Numbered from the stretch's first letter, positions 1-7,311 are shown. The stretch: 31,704 nucleotides of DNA from a virus (IMGVR_UViG_3300036805_000186:1-31704); one strand, 5' to 3'. Program-made: numbers and translations. Notes: generated from the sequence alone by a model not told the origin.

Positions 1-2
1 TG

Positions 3-221
3 CGCACCTGGACCGGGGTCCCACACGATCCCGCCGGCGGCCTGCGCTGGCGGCTGGCCGTGCTCACGAGCATCGAGGAGCTGGCCGGCGCGGCCGAGAG
101 CCTCGCCACCGAGTTCGGGCCCGGCGACGTCCTCAAGGCGACCGAATCGAACATCCGCGAGTCCGGCCTGGGCGACGTGCTCGACGCGCTGCGCGGGACG
201 CCCGGACCGCTCCACGAATGA
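3..221 (+). CDS. Hypothetical protein, 5'-truncated by window edge
   Basis: Open frame 3 with GC3-rich codons (...LRWRLAVLTSIEELAGAAESLATEFG...PLHE*), TGA at 219-221. Confidence 0.65.
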   Translation, partial: RTWTGVPHDPAGGLRWRLAVLTSIEELAGAAESLATEFGPGDVLKATESNIRESGLGDVLDALRGTPGPLHE

Positions 222-229
222 ACACGAAG
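212..229 (+). repeat. CCACGAA-type REP-like repeat, copy 1
   Basis: CCACGAATGAACACGAAG; 17/18 identical to the reverse complement of 4681-4698. Confidence 0.6.
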
Positions 230-236
230 GAACCCC

Positions 237-725
237 ATGCAAACCCACACGTCCTATCCCTTCGTCGGCTTCGGCACGTTCGAGCGGATGCTCGAGCAGC
301 TCGAGCCGGGCATCGACCTCGTCTACCTCGTCGCGATCGAGGAGCCGGTCGGCGGGGGCAACGCGCACGGCGTCGGGCGCCTCGACCTGGTCGTCGAGGC
401 CGCGGCCGTGCTCCCGGACCGGGTCCTCTATTGCCGCATCCCCCTCGGGGCGGCGTCGACCCTCAACGGCGCGCTGATGGTCGAACCCGAGCAGTTCGAG
501 CGGATCCGCGAGCGCGGGAAGGCGGCGGTGCCGATCCTGGGCGACGTGCTGGCCGAGCGGGGCTTCAAGACCGCGCCCGCCGCCGTCGCCTTTCCCCGCG
601 AGCTGAAGCTCATGAGCGGCTGGGCGGAGTGCCTCGAATGGGACAAGGATGCGAACGTGCTCCGCCGCGCAGAGCCCATCCTCCCGGCCGCGGCTGGAGG
701 TCCCGATGGCGAAGCGCGGGCGTAA
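237..725 (+). CDS. Hypothetical phage protein (162 aa)
   Basis: GAAGGA RBS before ATG; globular composition; GC3 bias. Confidence 0.75.
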   Translation: MQTHTSYPFVGFGTFERMLEQLEPGIDLVYLVAIEEPVGGGNAHGVGRLDLVVEAAAVLPDRVLYCRIPLGAASTLNGALMVEPEQFERIRERGKAAVPILGDVLAERGFKTAPAAVAFPRELKLMSGWAECLEWDKDANVLRRAEPILPAAAGGPDGEARA

Positions 726-1074
726 GCCGCTGCCGAAGACGCCGGAGGCGTGGCAGGTGTCGGTCGACCTCGCGGACGGGGCGCTGGCCTTGGACGCCTG
801 CCGGCAATACGGGCTGGTGACCGGCGGCCCCGTGATCCACGCCGGTCGCTGCGAGCGGATGCTCCGGGAGGGCGCGAAGCGCGGCTACAAGCCGTCGCCC
901 AACGCCTGGGAGATGTTCGTGGGCATGTGGCAGGAGCACTGCGATGACGCACGCAAAGCGCAAGACGACGCCGCCGGCGGACCGGTCGCACGTCTTGCTC
1001 GGCCATCGGGAGATCGCGCGGATCCTGAGCGCGCGGGGAATGAAGATCTCCCGGAGCGGGGTCTTTTACGCTGA
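706..1074 (+). CDS. Hypothetical phage protein (MAKRGRKPLPKTPEAW...)
   Basis: GGAGG RBS before ATG 706; internal start of track ORF 649..1074; 3' end overlaps the next gene. Confidence 0.65.
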   Translation: MAKRGRKPLPKTPEAWQVSVDLADGALALDACRQYGLVTGGPVIHAGRCERMLREGAKRGYKPSPNAWEMFVGMWQEHCDDARKAQDDAAGGPVARLARPSGDRADPERAGNEDLPERGLLR

Positions 1075-1396
1075 GCAGCGGGCGCTCGAGAAAATGCGCG
1101 AAGCGCTGACCGACCTCGGCGTCCCGGCACTCTTGGACACGGAGGATTCACATATGGCAGCCACAGGAAAGATCCCGCCCGGCTGGCAGGCGTACCCGGT
1201 CGGCACGCGGGTGCGGATGACGTCGGCGGGCGAGGCGCAGATCCGCCCGCGGACCCAGCAATCGAAGACGGGCACCCTCGTCGGCTTCGGCCGCGACGGC
1301 CGGACGCTCGCCGTCGTGCGCGACGGCACTGTCGCCCGCATGGGGTTCTTCTACCTGCACTGGGAGCCCGTGCCCCCCGCGGAGGCGGCCAAGTGA
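944..1396 (+). CDS. Sigma-70 region 4-like HTH protein with a C-terminal beta-rich domain
   Basis: HREIARILSARGMKISRSGVFYAEQRALEKMREAL fits the region 4.2 pattern (EIA..L.ISR..V...E.RAL.KLR); AGGAG RBS; internal GGAGG+ATG at 1153. Confidence 0.65.
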   Translation: MTHAKRKTTPPADRSHVLLGHREIARILSARGMKISRSGVFYAEQRALEKMREALTDLGVPALLDTEDSHMAATGKIPPGWQAYPVGTRVRMTSAGEAQIRPRTQQSKTGTLVGFGRDGRTLAVVRDGTVARMGFFYLHWEPVPPAEAAK

Positions 1397-1899
1397 AACC
1401 GATCAAGACCCTGCAGACGAACTTCATCTACGGCATGCCCGCGGGCCAGAAGGGCGACGACCTGCCCTGCGTGATCACGTCCGACGGCCGCACGATCAGC
1501 ACGTGGGAGCTGTCCCCCGAGGAGCGCGAGCGGCTGGCGCGGGGCGGCCACCTGGAGCTGCACGTCTGGATGCGGCCGCCGCCCCCGTGCGGGCTGGTGG
1601 TGATCCCGCCGCCCCCCAAGCCGCCGCTTTCCTTCAACGTCGAAACGGTGGCCGGCGCTGCGGGGGCGGGCGCCGGGCCGCCCGCCGCGATCCTGCGCCT
1701 CGACGAGGCGCAGCGGCAGGCCCTCCTCCTCGCGCTGGCCACGCTCGCCACGTCGGACGCGAAGTGGGATCCGGCGCTCAACCAGCTCGCCCTGCAGATC
1801 GACCAGGCCTATCCCGCCGCGGACGGCACGACGCGGGCGCGGAAATACGACGACTTCCGCATCTTCCGGGCCGCCGCCGCGGCCCCGAAGGAGAATTGA
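1393..1899 (+). CDS. Hypothetical phage protein
   Basis: GTGA overlap with the upstream stop; DLP...S.WELSPEER..LA.GG.L.L motif resembles a recurrent phage hypothetical family. Confidence 0.7.
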   Translation: MKPIKTLQTNFIYGMPAGQKGDDLPCVITSDGRTISTWELSPEERERLARGGHLELHVWMRPPPPCGLVVIPPPPKPPLSFNVETVAGAAGAGAGPPAAILRLDEAQRQALLLALATLATSDAKWDPALNQLALQIDQAYPAADGTTRARKYDDFRIFRAAAAAPKEN

Positions 1900-1903
1900 C
1901 GCC

Positions 1904-2239
1904 ATGCGCGCCGCACCCGCCGCATCCCCGCCCAGAACCCAGGACGCCGCCGCCCCGCGCGGCCGTCCGCGCCACGCCGAGCCGCCGTTCTGGGTGGAGT
2001 ACACGCCCGAGCGGACGCCGGCGGGAACGCCGGCGGCCGACGTCTGGACGCTCCGCGGCCCGGGCCTGGCCGGCGACCCGCTCGCCCGCCTCGCCGGCGA
2101 CGCCGGTCACGTGCGGCTCACGCAACGCGCGCAGGACCTGAACCGCGGCTGGCGCATGGGGTGGGAGACGGGCTACAACGCCGGGTACATGCGGGCGCGC
2201 CGGGCGAAGGGCGAGACGATCCACGAAGGGCACGAATAA
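1904..2239 (+). CDS. Hypothetical protein
   Basis: AAGGAG RBS; fits operon spacing. Confidence 0.55.
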   Translation: MRAAPAASPPRTQDAAAPRGRPRHAEPPFWVEYTPERTPAGTPAADVWTLRGPGLAGDPLARLAGDAGHVRLTQRAQDLNRGWRMGWETGYNAGYMRARRAKGETIHEGHE

Positions 2240-2248
2240 CCACGAAGG
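2221..2248 (+). repeat. CCACGAA-type REP-like repeat, copy 2
   Basis: CCACGAAGGGCACGAATAACCACGAAGG: three CACGAA units at a gene junction. Confidence 0.5.
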
Positions 2249-2255
2249 AAGCGCA

Positions 2256-2525
2256 ATGCGGATCCTCCACGAGATCCACGTCGAGGCCGGGCCGCACACG
2301 CCGGCGGCGAAATACCAGCTCGTCGACGTCGACGAGCCGCAGTTGTTTGTACGGGTCGAGCTCCGGTGCGGGCCGGGCGCCGTGATCGTCGCCTCGGTGA
2401 CGCGCGACGCCTACCCGTACGTCACGATCTCGCGGCCGCTGGGGCTCAGCGGCGTCGAGCAGGTCGCCCGCCTCGTGCGCGAGTGGGCGTTCCCGCCGGC
2501 GACGTCGGGGCCGCGGGCGAACTGA
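2256..2525 (+). CDS. Hypothetical protein
   Basis: GAAGGA RBS, ATG start, GC3 bias. Confidence 0.65.
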   Translation: MRILHEIHVEAGPHTPAAKYQLVDVDEPQLFVRVELRCGPGAVIVASVTRDAYPYVTISRPLGLSGVEQVARLVREWAFPPATSGPRAN

Positions 2526-2538
2526 AAGGGTTCAAGCC

Positions 2539-2718
2539 ATGAAGGAAGTCACGATCGAGAAGCTCGGCAACGGCAACGTGCGGATCCGCGTCACCATGCC
2601 CAAGTCGAAAGCGCCGGTCGAGGTCGAGATCCCCGCCGCCGACGTCGAGGCGCTGGCCAGCATGTTGCAGCTCGCGGCGCGGTCGGCGTTCTTCAAGTTC
2701 ACGCAGAAAGTAGGCTGA
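2539..2718 (+). CDS. Small hypothetical protein (59 aa, not in ORF track)
   Basis: MKEVTIEKLGNGNVRIRVTMPKSKAPVEVEIPAADVEALASMLQLAARSAFFKFTQKVG*; AAAGGG RBS; fills the gap exactly. Confidence 0.7.
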   Translation: MKEVTIEKLGNGNVRIRVTMPKSKAPVEVEIPAADVEALASMLQLAARSAFFKFTQKVG

Positions 2719-2722
2719 ATTG

Positions 2723-3406
2723 ATGGGTGTGCAACTGACCTTTCGTCCCCTGGAGGGCTGGCCCGGCGAGCTCACACCCGACCATGAGCGCCGGCCGAAG
2801 CCCTTCAAGACGGGCCTCGACCGGACGCTCGGCCTGCTGCGCTTCGAGCTCGGGCACCTCGGGGCGACGCTGGCGGTGGTTCAGACCGCGCACGCCGAGC
2901 GGGACATCAGCGTCACGACCGGGCGGCCGCGCCCCGACCGGCCGCCGCGGCATCCGGGCGTGATCGTCGCCGCCGACACGCGGCACGGCGCTGCGAAGTG
3001 GGTCTGCGACGACTGCGAACGGTGGAGCGACAACATCCACGCGATCACGCTCACCCTCGAACGCCTGCGCCTGGCCGATCTGTACGGCGTCACGAAGCGC
3101 GGCGAGCAGTACCGCGGCTTCAAGATGCTGCCCGGCCCGATCACCTCGGCCGCCGCGGGCATGTCGATCGAGCAGGCGGCGCGGTTCGTGGCCGAGCTGC
3201 TCTCGGCCCAGTCCGACGCGATCGTGATGATGAACCCCTACGGCTCGGCCGCGGACCTGGTCCGGTCGAAGAAGGAGTGGGAGAAGGCGCGACGCGCGGC
3301 GGCCAAGCTCCTCCACCCCGACAGGAGCCACGGGGACGCGCAGGCCGCCCGGTGGGCGAAGTTCCAGGAGGCCTGCCAACTCCTCGACGGGCTGCACAAC
3401 CGATAA
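2723..3406 (+). CDS. Phage protein with C-terminal J-domain (DnaJ-like, HPD motif)
   Basis: KARRAAAKLLHPDRSHGD..WAKFQEA; N-terminal WP..., CD...DNIHAITLTLE.LR..D.YGV...EQY.GF.LP pattern typical of phage J-domain proteins. Confidence 0.8.
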   Translation: MGVQLTFRPLEGWPGELTPDHERRPKPFKTGLDRTLGLLRFELGHLGATLAVVQTAHAERDISVTTGRPRPDRPPRHPGVIVAADTRHGAAKWVCDDCERWSDNIHAITLTLERLRLADLYGVTKRGEQYRGFKMLPGPITSAAAGMSIEQAARFVAELLSAQSDAIVMMNPYGSAADLVRSKKEWEKARRAAAKLLHPDRSHGDAQAARWAKFQEACQLLDGLHNR

Positions 3407-3416
3407 GGCGGTTTCC

Positions 3417-3776
3417 ATGGCCGATTGGTGCAACAACTGCGGGCTGTGCTGCATGCACATGCGAACGCCACCGTTCTACGGTGAGGGGGATCCCAGTTGG
3501 GCCGCGCTCCCGCCCGAGCTCCGGGCGGAAATCGATCAATGGGTGCCACTCGAGCCGGGCACGTCGCCACGCCACGACTGGATGGTCGCGCATGACGGCC
3601 CGGTCAACCCGTGCATCTGGCTCGACCTGGTCACCGGCCGTTGCCGGCATTACGAGCATCGGCCCGACGTCTGCCGCGAATTCGAAGTGGGAAGCACGAG
3701 CTGCCGCGAGAGCCGCTTCCTGGTGGGACTGACCTGCAAGGGCATGCCGATCGTCGCGGACGACGCGCCTACATAA
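3417..3776 (+). CDS. YkgJ-family CxxCxxCC cysteine-cluster (Zn/Fe-chelating) protein
   Basis: CNNCGLCC ... PCIWLD...GRCRHYEHRPDVCREFEVGS..C. Confidence 0.85.
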   Translation: MADWCNNCGLCCMHMRTPPFYGEGDPSWAALPPELRAEIDQWVPLEPGTSPRHDWMVAHDGPVNPCIWLDLVTGRCRHYEHRPDVCREFEVGSTSCRESRFLVGLTCKGMPIVADDAPT

Positions 3777-3984
3777 CCGTCCACGGCGCCGTCGCCGATG
3801 GCCGGCCGTACCAGCGGCGCTCGAAGTTCCGGCCGCGGACGATGTAGACGCCCGCGCCCGGGAACGCCCGACGGGCAAAGCGGTGGGCGTAGTCGCGGAC
3901 GCCCTCGACGTCGGGATCCGCGCACAGCGCGACGGTGCAGACGACGTGGCCGGTGGCCGGGTCAGGCGAGGCGATCAGGATCAT
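3769..3984 (-). CDS. Hypothetical protein (71 aa)
   Basis: GAAGGA RBS; converges on and overlaps the YkgJ stop by 8 nt. Confidence 0.6.
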   Translation of the reverse strand: MILIASPDPATGHVVCTVALCADPDVEGVRDYAHRFARRAFPGAGVYIVRGRNFERRWYGRPSATAPWTVM

Positions 3985-4213
3985 GCGTTCCTTCCAATCG
4001 GGAGCGGAGCCTCTCGACGCGTCCGGCGAAGTGGGCGGCGATCTGCTCGGCCGACTGGAGCGGAAGATAGCGTTCCCGCACGCCCCAACGCCTCGCGCCG
4101 GTTCCTTCCGTGAAGCGCAGCTCGATCGACCCGTCGTCGGAGGGAAGGGCTTCGACGTCGGCCGCCGCCGGCAGTCGTTTGCGGACCGCGATCAAGAGCT
4201 CCTCGAGGATCAT
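3962..4213 (-). CDS. Hypothetical protein (MILEELLIAVRKRLP...)
   Basis: GGAGG RBS at 4218-4222; 3' part of track ORF 3962..4627. Confidence 0.6.
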   Translation of the reverse strand: MILEELLIAVRKRLPAAADVEALPSDDGSIELRFTEGTGARRWGVRERYLPLQSAEQIAAHFAGRVERLRSRLEGTHDPDRLA

Positions 4214-4226
4214 CATTCCTCCAACC

Positions 4227-4262
4227 AAAAAGGGCCGGACCCGCGCGCCGCGAGCCCGGCCC
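4227..4262 (-). terminator. Intrinsic terminator (- strand)
   Basis: GGGCCGGGCTCGCG-GCG-CGCGGGTCCGGCCC 14-bp stem (2 G-U pairs) followed by TTTTT. Confidence 0.75.
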
Positions 4263-4316
4263 CTCGCATATTCCGGCCCTCCGTGACCGTTACAGCTCCC
4301 GTCCTCCGTGTGAGAC

Positions 4317-4655
4317 TCAGGTCCGCTCGGGCCAGTGCCACGAGCCGGGGCGCATTCCCGTCGCGTCGTAGGGGGCCGACCAGGCCCGAGCGGTGAATTC
4401 GCCCGTCTTCTGCAGGCCCGCGGCCGCGCACGACTCCGTCCAGTCGTCGAGCTGGTCAAGCTGCACGTTGAGGTTGACGCTGGTGCCCCCGAAGTCGCTA
4501 ACGATGATCGCCGCCCGATGGCTGCCCTGGCGGCCTCCGGCGGGAAGGATGTAATGCACGATTCGCCCGGCGGAAGTCTTGACCGCCGCACCGGGGACGG
4601 CGGGGGCGGGGGCAGAGGCGGCTGCATCGGATTCGAACGTCGACTCGTTTTCCAT
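4317..4655 (-). CDS. Conserved phage hypothetical protein (GRIVHY...AAII...VNL...GSWHWPER family)
   Basis: Recurrent phage motif set; AAAGGG RBS. Confidence 0.8.
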   Translation of the reverse strand: MENESTFESDAAASAPAPAVPGAAVKTSAGRIVHYILPAGGRQGSHRAAIIVSDFGGTSVNLNVQLDQLDDWTESCAAAGLQKTGEFTARAWSAPYDATGMRPGSWHWPERT

Positions 4656-4680
4656 GGTTTCCCTTTCTTCTTGGCTGTGA

Positions 4681-4698
4681 CTTCGTGTCCATTCGTGG
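4681..4698 (-). repeat. CCACGAA-type REP-like repeat, copy 3
   Basis: Reverse complement CCACGAATGGACACGAAG, near-identical to 212-229. Confidence 0.6.
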
Positions 4699-4710
4699 AC
4701 CGATTTCGGG

Positions 4711-5097
4711 TTACGTATCTTCCGGCCCCGCCGGCAGGTCGTCGTCGAGCGGCATGGCCTCGGCCGCGGGCGTCTGGATCACGCCGGCGGCGACGGCCCG
4801 TTGCCGGACCTCCGAGGCCATCGCATCGAGCTCCGGGTCCCCGCTGCTGGGCGGCGGCGGCTCGCCGGCCTTCCGCACGGCCTCGGCCACGGCCCGGGCG
4901 CAGGCGAAAACTTCGAGGACGGCGCCCGTCGAGAGGTGGATCCGCGTGAACGATTGCGCCGGGCGGTACGAGTGGTAGCGGTGCTCGGCGGGCTCGATCG
5001 CGATGACGTGCGCTGGGTTGACGAACGCGTCGTCGCCGAACGACCAGGGGCCGTCCCCGTCCTTGCGCGGGGTCGCAAACTTGATCATCTGGGCCAT
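4711..5097 (-). CDS. Hypothetical protein with FlbD-like small beta domain
   Basis: MIKF...FVNPAHVIAIE...TRIHLSTGAVLEV...AVAEAV resembles the FlbD/SwrD pattern. Confidence 0.6.
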   Translation of the reverse strand: MAQMIKFATPRKDGDGPWSFGDDAFVNPAHVIAIEPAEHRYHSYRPAQSFTRIHLSTGAVLEVFACARAVAEAVRKAGEPPPPSSGDPELDAMASEVRQRAVAAGVIQTPAAEAMPLDDDLPAGPEDT

Positions 5098-5101
5098 CGA
5101 A

Positions 5102-5401
5102 TCACCGTCCCTGGGAATTGCCCGCGGGCAGGATGAACCGCGTGACGAGCCGGGCCGCGAACGCGGCGACGACGGCGTCCTCGTACCCTTCGCCCAGCGG
5201 GTGGTAGAGCGCATCCTTGAGCGCCCGCGGCAGGGCCATGTATTCGGCGTAGCAGAGCGTTTGCCGGGTCTTCTTGGCTTTCCCGCACATCGGGCAGGTT
5301 GTGGACCGAAGGCTCTGGACGAGCTGGTGCGGCGTCACGTCCGCGAGGTCGATCGTCGCGGCGGCGCCGGCGGGGAACAGCGAATTGACGGGAGTCGTCA
5401 T
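5102..5401 (-). CDS. Hypothetical protein with CxxC motif
   Basis: TTCPMCGKAKKTRQTLCYAEY; GAGG RBS. Confidence 0.7.
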   Translation of the reverse strand: MTTPVNSLFPAGAAATIDLADVTPHQLVQSLRSTTCPMCGKAKKTRQTLCYAEYMALPRALKDALYHPLGEGYEDAVVAAFAARLVTRFILPAGNSQGR

Positions 5402-5411
5402 GGCGTAAACC

Positions 5412-5654
5412 TCAGAGCCAGGAAACGTAGCTCGTTCCGCATGCGTCGGGCGACGCGTGCCAGTAGCGCGACTTGCGGCGGTGTCGATGCCGTCTGCCGT
5501 CGTGACGGCGCCGGCTCCAGTAGCGGACGACCGACGCCTCGCGCGGGACGAAGCGGCCGCCGAAGTGCGGGGGGATCAGGCCGAGGGGCGGCCGCGCGCG
5601 GATGATGAACTCCCGGAATGGCGCCGCGACTTGGGACCGGCGTTTTCGAATCAC
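5412..5654 (-). CDS. Hypothetical basic protein
   Basis: GTG start overlapping the upstream TGA (GTGA); fills the gap; Arg-rich, so uncertain. Confidence 0.4.
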   Translation of the reverse strand: MIRKRRSQVAAPFREFIIRARPPLGLIPPHFGGRFVPREASVVRYWSRRRHDGRRHRHRRKSRYWHASPDACGTSYVSWL

Positions 5655-5875
5655 GGTTGCACCTTCACCCGATCCTTGATCTTGCGCCAGGCGCCGCCCG
5701 GGCCGCGGACCTCGACGCGGGCGAGGTCCGGCTCCTCGACCCCGATCTCGCGGAGGGCTTCGTTGAGCAGCTCGCGGGCCGTGCGGGCCGCCGCGAGCAG
5801 CTTGGCCGGCGGGGCGCAGCTCAGCACGATCGGCGGGACGACGACGCGGTAGACGGAGCGGTGCCTTTGCTTCAC
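5651..5875 (-). CDS. Hypothetical protein (VKQRHRSVYRVVVPP...)
   Basis: GTGA coupling with the upstream gene; GGGGA RBS. Confidence 0.55.
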   Translation of the reverse strand: MKQRHRSVYRVVVPPIVLSCAPPAKLLAAARTARELLNEALREIGVEEPDLARVEVRGPGGAWRKIKDRVKVQP

Positions 5876-6144
5876 GCATCCCCCGGGCGCCAGAGGCGCG
5901 GCATCGCGGCCTGCAGTTCCTCGCCGCCGTCGTCGAACCTGGGCGAGATCGCGTCGGCCGCGTTCACAAGTGCCTCGGCTGCAGAGAAGCGCCCGGACTC
6001 GTCGAGCGCGGCGGCGGCCTTGGCATAATCCTTCAGCACGCATTCGCTGCACAGATCCTCGTAGACCCAGAAGCACCCGCCGCAACACCACCCGCCGGCA
6101 CACGCCCGCGCCTCGGTACACCCGCAGGTCCTGCAACGCCGCAT
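5872..6144 (-). CDS. Cys-rich phage protein (CRxCGCT..AC..GC.WV..DLCS.C)
   Basis: Recurrent phage zinc-binding motif; GAGGGAG RBS. Confidence 0.8.
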   Translation of the reverse strand: MRRCRTCGCTEARACAGGWCCGGCFWVYEDLCSECVLKDYAKAAAALDESGRFSAAEALVNAADAISPRFDDGGEELQAAMPRLWRPGDA

Positions 6145-6158
6145 AACTCCCTCGCGGA

Positions 6159-6254
6159 TCAGAAACGGCCGCCGCCGGGGCACGCGCCCCGGTTCGACGG
6201 CCGAGAACCACAACACGCGCTTCGCGCGTCGCCGGGCGGCTTCGGGTCGATCAA
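6159..6254 (-). CDS. Putative 31-aa leader peptide (MIDPKPPGDARSACCGSRPSNRGACPGGGRF)
   Basis: Perfect AAAGGAGG SD 7 nt before a TTG start, inside the loop of a 14-bp inverted repeat. Confidence 0.4.
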   Translation of the reverse strand: MIDPKPPGDARSACCGSRPSNRGACPGGGRF

Positions 6255-6389
6255 CGGAGCGCCTCCTTTCCAACGGTTTGCCCGCGCCGCCCGGCGACGA
6301 CACAGGGAAGGAGGACCGTCGCGCCGCGAACGCGGCGAGGCGGGGCACGGATCTCGTCGTCTCCAGGCCCCGGGGGGGGAAGGCCCGAA

Positions 6390-6423
6390 TCTCCGCGTCT
6401 CCGTGTCCCCGCCTCTCCGCGTC
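6390..6423. repeat. Octamer tandem REP-like repeat (TCTCCGYG)n
   Basis: TCTCCGCG TCTCCGTG TCCCCGCC TCTCCGCG TC. Confidence 0.6.
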
Positions 6424-6432
6424 GGCGCGGTG

Positions 6433-6462
6433 TCTATACCATGGCATAGAATTGGCCCGCAA
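6433..6462 (-). promoter_or_regulatory. Leftward sigma-70-type promoter with overlapping 18-bp palindrome (operator candidate)
   Basis: - strand TTGCGG-18 nt-TATAGA with extended TG; TCTATACCATGGCATAGA (6433-6450) is 16/18 palindromic. Confidence 0.55.
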
Positions 6463-6519
6463 GTCGCAGGATTGCGCTCAACAGGGGTAAGTGGGACCGA
6501 ACCGCCGGGGGCTAAACGG

Positions 6520-6600
6520 GTTAGGGAAATATTTGCGTTTTTCCTATTGACTTGGTTAGATCGTGGCGGGTTCTGATCTCGCTGCCACGGGCTAGATGCG
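6520..6600 (+). promoter_or_regulatory. AT-rich rightward (late) promoter region with ops-like candidate
   Basis: AT-rich island, TTGACT at 6547-6552 (no clear -10), TAGGGAAA/TTTTCCTA inverted repeat, CGGGCTAGATGCG at 6588-6600. Confidence 0.35.
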
Positions 6601-6738
6601 GCGCGGGATCCAAAGCGCGGACAATCGGGTTGTTGGCCAGGGATCGTGTGCGCGGCGCGTGTTCTCGGACGCCGGCCGTGCGCTGATTCCTGCACCGCAA
6701 CGCGCGGCCCGCGCCATCTCAAGCGGCGGAATTTTTTG

Positions 6739-7311
6739 ATGCTCGCTTCGAAGGATCGCCCGGTGGCCACGGAGGGCCAGCTTGGTGGCGGGGAAGAGAT
6801 CCCCGACGGGGCCGGCACCTGGTGGGTCGCCGCGACGCGGCCGCGCTACGAGGCCCGGCTGGTGCGGGAGCTGGTGGCGCTGGACGCGCCGCGGGCGCTG
6901 TTCCTTCAGGAGCCGGTTCGCCGCGTCCACCATGACGCCAAGGGGCACGCGCACCGCCGCGTGGAAATGCGGCCGCTGTTTCCCCGCTACGTCTTCTTCT
7001 GCGGCGGCTCCGACCACCGCTACGCCGCGAGCCGCTCGCGCTCGACGCTGCAGGTGATCGACGTCGTCGACCAGGCCCGACTCGTCCGCGAGCTCCGCCG
7101 GCTCGACTGGGCGATCGCCACCCGCGCCGCCGAGCCGCCGGCCGCCCAGTTCCGACGCGACCAAATGGTCGAGGTCATCGACGGCGCCCTACGGGGGCTT
7201 CGCGGCATCGTCCTCGGGGCAATCGCCGGCGGCCTGCTCAAGATCGAGTGCAAGCTCCTGGGGGCGTCGCGCGAGGTCGAGATCGCGCCGGAATTAATCG
7301 AGGCCCTATGA
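6739..7311 (+). CDS. NusG-family specialised transcription antiterminator (RfaH/UpxY/LoaP-like)
   Basis: NGN domain WWVAATRPRYE...RPLFPRYVF; KOW domain DQMVEVIDGALRGLRGIV; LLGASREVEI C-terminus. Confidence 0.9.
   Translation: MLASKDRPVATEGQLGGGEEIPDGAGTWWVAATRPRYEARLVRELVALDAPRALFLQEPVRRVHHDAKGHAHRRVEMRPLFPRYVFFCGGSDHRYAASRSRSTLQVIDVVDQARLVRELRRLDWAIATRAAEPPAAQFRRDQMVEVIDGALRGLRGIVLGAIAGGLLKIECKLLGASREVEIAPELIEAL

Noticed and set aside
4711-5097. Flagellar gene (flbD)
   Set aside because: Only a loose pattern similarity and no flagellar context; treated as a phage hypothetical
6739-7311. Housekeeping nusG marking a host boundary
   Set aside because: No secE/rplK context; sequence resembles specialised paralogs; flanked by phage-type genes on both sides
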